Assembly (NCBI GenBank): GCA_963729715.1
Contig: CAVSPA010000004.1
Span: 256,001-320,000 of the forward strand
Origin: an uncultured delta proteobacterium
Lineage (GTDB): Bacteria > Desulfobacterota > Syntrophia > Syntrophales > UBA2185
DNA: 64,000 bases
Direction: 5' to 3'
In this document: positions 61,786 through 64,000 of the stretch, piece by piece
Position numbering within the stretch: the stretch's first letter is position 1
Layout of the letters: every line of letters starts with the position of its first letter
Position numbers and translations under genes: made by a program
Notes under the pieces: generated by a model
What the model was told of the DNA's origin: nothing
What the model saw: the letters and a program-made list of their open reading frames with translations, nothing else
The model's database searches: none

Positions 61786-62853
61786 ATGAAAATGGGAATC
61801 ATAGGTTTGCCTAATTCCGGCAAGACCACAATCTTTAATGCCCTCACGAAAATGGAGGCGAACGTCAGTACTTACTCAGATGCAAAGGCGGAACCCAATG
61901 TGGCCGTCGTTTCGGTCGACGACGATCGGCTCCATAGCCTCAGCGATATGTATAAACCGAAGAAGACTACCGGCGCCACGATTGAAATGATCGATTTTCC
62001 CGGACTCAAGGAAGGTGCCGCCAAGAACGGCCTTTTTACCGGCAGCTCCATGGGATGGATCAAGAGTATCGACGCCCTAGCCCTGGTTGTCCGTAACTTT
62101 TATAATGATTTAAATGGCGATCCGAGACCGCTTCGTGATATTGACGAGATCGCGACGGAGCTTCTGCTCGCCGATCTAATACTTCTCGAAAACAGGCTTG
62201 AGAAAATTGCCTGGTACCAGAAGCGGGGGCAAAAAACCAATGCCCTTGCTCTCGAAGAAAAAGCCCTCCAAAACATTGCAGAGCACCTCAACAACAATGA
62301 ACCCATACGGAACATCGATCTCGATGAGGACGAGGAAACTATAATACGCGGATTTCAATTTCTCACGAAGAAGCCGATCCTTCTTATTCTGAATTCGGAT
62401 GAGGCGGTCTTCGGGCGCAATGAGAATCTAACCACCGAAATCGAAGCAGGCTACAACGTCATTGAATTCGCCGGTCGCTTCGAAATGGAATTATCCCGCC
62501 TCAATGATGAAGAAGCTAAAATCTTCATGCAAGATATGGGCATAAGAAAGTCGGCACGCGAGAGATTGACGCAATTCGCCTACAAGACGCTCGGCTACGT
62601 GAGCTTTTTCACCGTCGGCGAGGATGAAGTCCGGGCATGGAGTATCTGCGGCGGAGATACGGCGGTGAATGCAGCCGGCGCCATCCATACCGATCTCGCA
62701 CGCGGATTTATCCGTGCCGAGTGCTTTACCTATGACGAATTAATCGAATGCGGATCGGAAAAGCGAGTGCGCGAGAACGGTCACTTCCGACTCGAAGGAA
62801 AAGATTACATCGTCCGGGACGGCGACATCCTCAGTATTCGCTTCAGCGTTTGA
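61786..62853 (+). CDS. ychF: YchF-family ATPase
   Basis: GLPNSGKTT, FLTKKP, FFTVGEDEVRAW, IHTDLARGFIRAE, RLEGKDY. Confidence 0.93.
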   Translation: MKMGIIGLPNSGKTTIFNALTKMEANVSTYSDAKAEPNVAVVSVDDDRLHSLSDMYKPKKTTGATIEMIDFPGLKEGAAKNGLFTGSSMGWIKSIDALALVVRNFYNDLNGDPRPLRDIDEIATELLLADLILLENRLEKIAWYQKRGQKTNALALEEKALQNIAEHLNNNEPIRNIDLDEDEETIIRGFQFLTKKPILLILNSDEAVFGRNENLTTEIEAGYNVIEFAGRFEMELSRLNDEEAKIFMQDMGIRKSARERLTQFAYKTLGYVSFFTVGEDEVRAWSICGGDTAVNAAGAIHTDLARGFIRAECFTYDELIECGSEKRVRENGHFRLEGKDYIVRDGDILSIRFSV

Positions 62854-63049
62854 TAAAGCAACACCGGGACGGAAGGCACGTCGTTAACGAGTCCACCTAC
62901 CTATACGTGAGTGGCATCAAGATATCAATATTCAGCATTTCCCTTTGAAAGCTTGAATCTTTCAAAGAGGCGATATGCCAGCTTAGTCCAGAGGACAAAA
63001 TTAAAATCCGGACTCGTTTTTCGAGAGGCAGGTTTAGTAGGAATCTTGC

Positions 63050-64000
63050 CTATTCAGCCAAGAAGGATTTAATCCTCGCCTCCGCCTTCACTATATCGGT
63101 TAATCCGCCAATATGACCCTCGAAAGACGGCAATTCGAAGAGAGACGCACTGCCTCCGGCCTTATTCAGGGCTTCGGTAAATTCCCGCGAATAGTAGGGG
63201 TAGATGAGAACATCTGTGCTGCTCGGAACCATCAAGATCTTCGATTTAATCCGCTTTAGGGCTTCTTCATAGGAACCATAGCCGTACCCGATATCATGCA
63301 GTTCATTGGCTTTAGCTAGGTAGATTAATGAATTCGCATCAGCCGATTTCGCCCTGGCAAAGCTGGTCTTATCCAGTGCATCTTCTACGAGAAACTTATT
63401 TCCCATCGCAGCGTAAGGATCCTTTTTAGCGTCTGCTGTTTTTCGACCGAAGGCCCTATCTGCCCACCACGGGCTTCGAGCTATCAGGGTAATTATTTTC
63501 AGAGAATAGGCAACTCCATCTATAGGCTCTTCCTTTCCATAATAGTCGCCTTTGTTCCATTTAGGATCGAGCATAACGGCGTCGGCCCACACCTTCACCC
63601 AAGCCAGTGTCCAGGCATACGCCTTGGGAGTTGCAATAACTGGAATAATTTTCTCGACAACGTCCGGATAGGACACTGCCCATTCCACGGACTGAATACC
63701 GCCCATGGATGCCCCTGCCACGCCTTTAAGCTTTGCAATACCGAGAGACTTTATCAGCTCATATTGAATTCTTACCATGTCCCTGATACTGATAACGGGA
63801 AAGGACATTCCGTAAGGTTTTCCAGTCATTGGATTGATTGAGGCCGGACCGGTGGTTGTCACCATGGGGTCTTTTGTATTGATGTTGCAAAGCGTGTCTG
63901 TGCTTATAATGAAATATTTGTCCGTATCGAACGCTTTTCCGGGACCAATAACGCTGTCCCAGTAACCGGGGACCATTTCGGCTAGCGAATATTTCCCGGC
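63050..64000 (-). CDS. Homoserine O-acetyltransferase (MetX)-family alpha/beta hydrolase, 5' end outside window
   Basis: GYWD..IGPGKAFDT, GASMGG nucleophile, STD, GH; frame open to base 64000. Confidence 0.85.
   Translation of the reverse strand, partial: AGKYSLAEMVPGYWDSVIGPGKAFDTDKYFIISTDTLCNINTKDPMVTTTGPASINPMTGKPYGMSFPVISIRDMVRIQYELIKSLGIAKLKGVAGASMGGIQSVEWAVSYPDVVEKIIPVIATPKAYAWTLAWVKVWADAVMLDPKWNKGDYYGKEEPIDGVAYSLKIITLIARSPWWADRAFGRKTADAKKDPYAAMGNKFLVEDALDKTSFARAKSADANSLIYLAKANELHDIGYGYGSYEEALKRIKSKILMVPSSTDVLIYPYYSREFTEALNKAGGSASLFELPSFEGHIGGLTDIVKAEARIKSFLAE

Overview
Mostly core chromosome of an anaerobic deltaproteobacterium; the protein set (Re-citrate synthase, IorAB, PilSR, liv/acyl-CoA ligase cluster) suggests Syntrophales, by inference. 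It carries guaB (3' end), dnaE, cbpA-like J protein, iorAB, apgM-hom, recG, purMN, pfk, a REC-PAS histidine kinase with a NarL-type regulator, rpmB, recJ, a liv-type ABC transporter with an embedded acyl-CoA ligase, pilRS, hisS-aspS, a UvrD/PcrA helicase, trpEGDCFBA, one DDE insertion sequence, a tandem-domain NDK, ychF and a partial MetX-like gene. The main result lies below the ORF-track cutoff: two leader-peptide attenuators. A Phe-rich leader (FFVFFGFF) precedes the ABC/CoA-ligase operon, which suggests Phe-regulated aryl-acid scavenging, possibly feeding IorAB. A WWW leader precedes trpE. Both share an unusual six-segment layout with a second terminator coupled to the first, supported by a compensatory base change. 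Also present are a 150-bp IscB-like non-autonomous element in front of a decayed comEC, and several other pseudogenes. No rRNA, tRNA or CRISPR array was recognised. All calls are by eye; no searches or folding programs were run.
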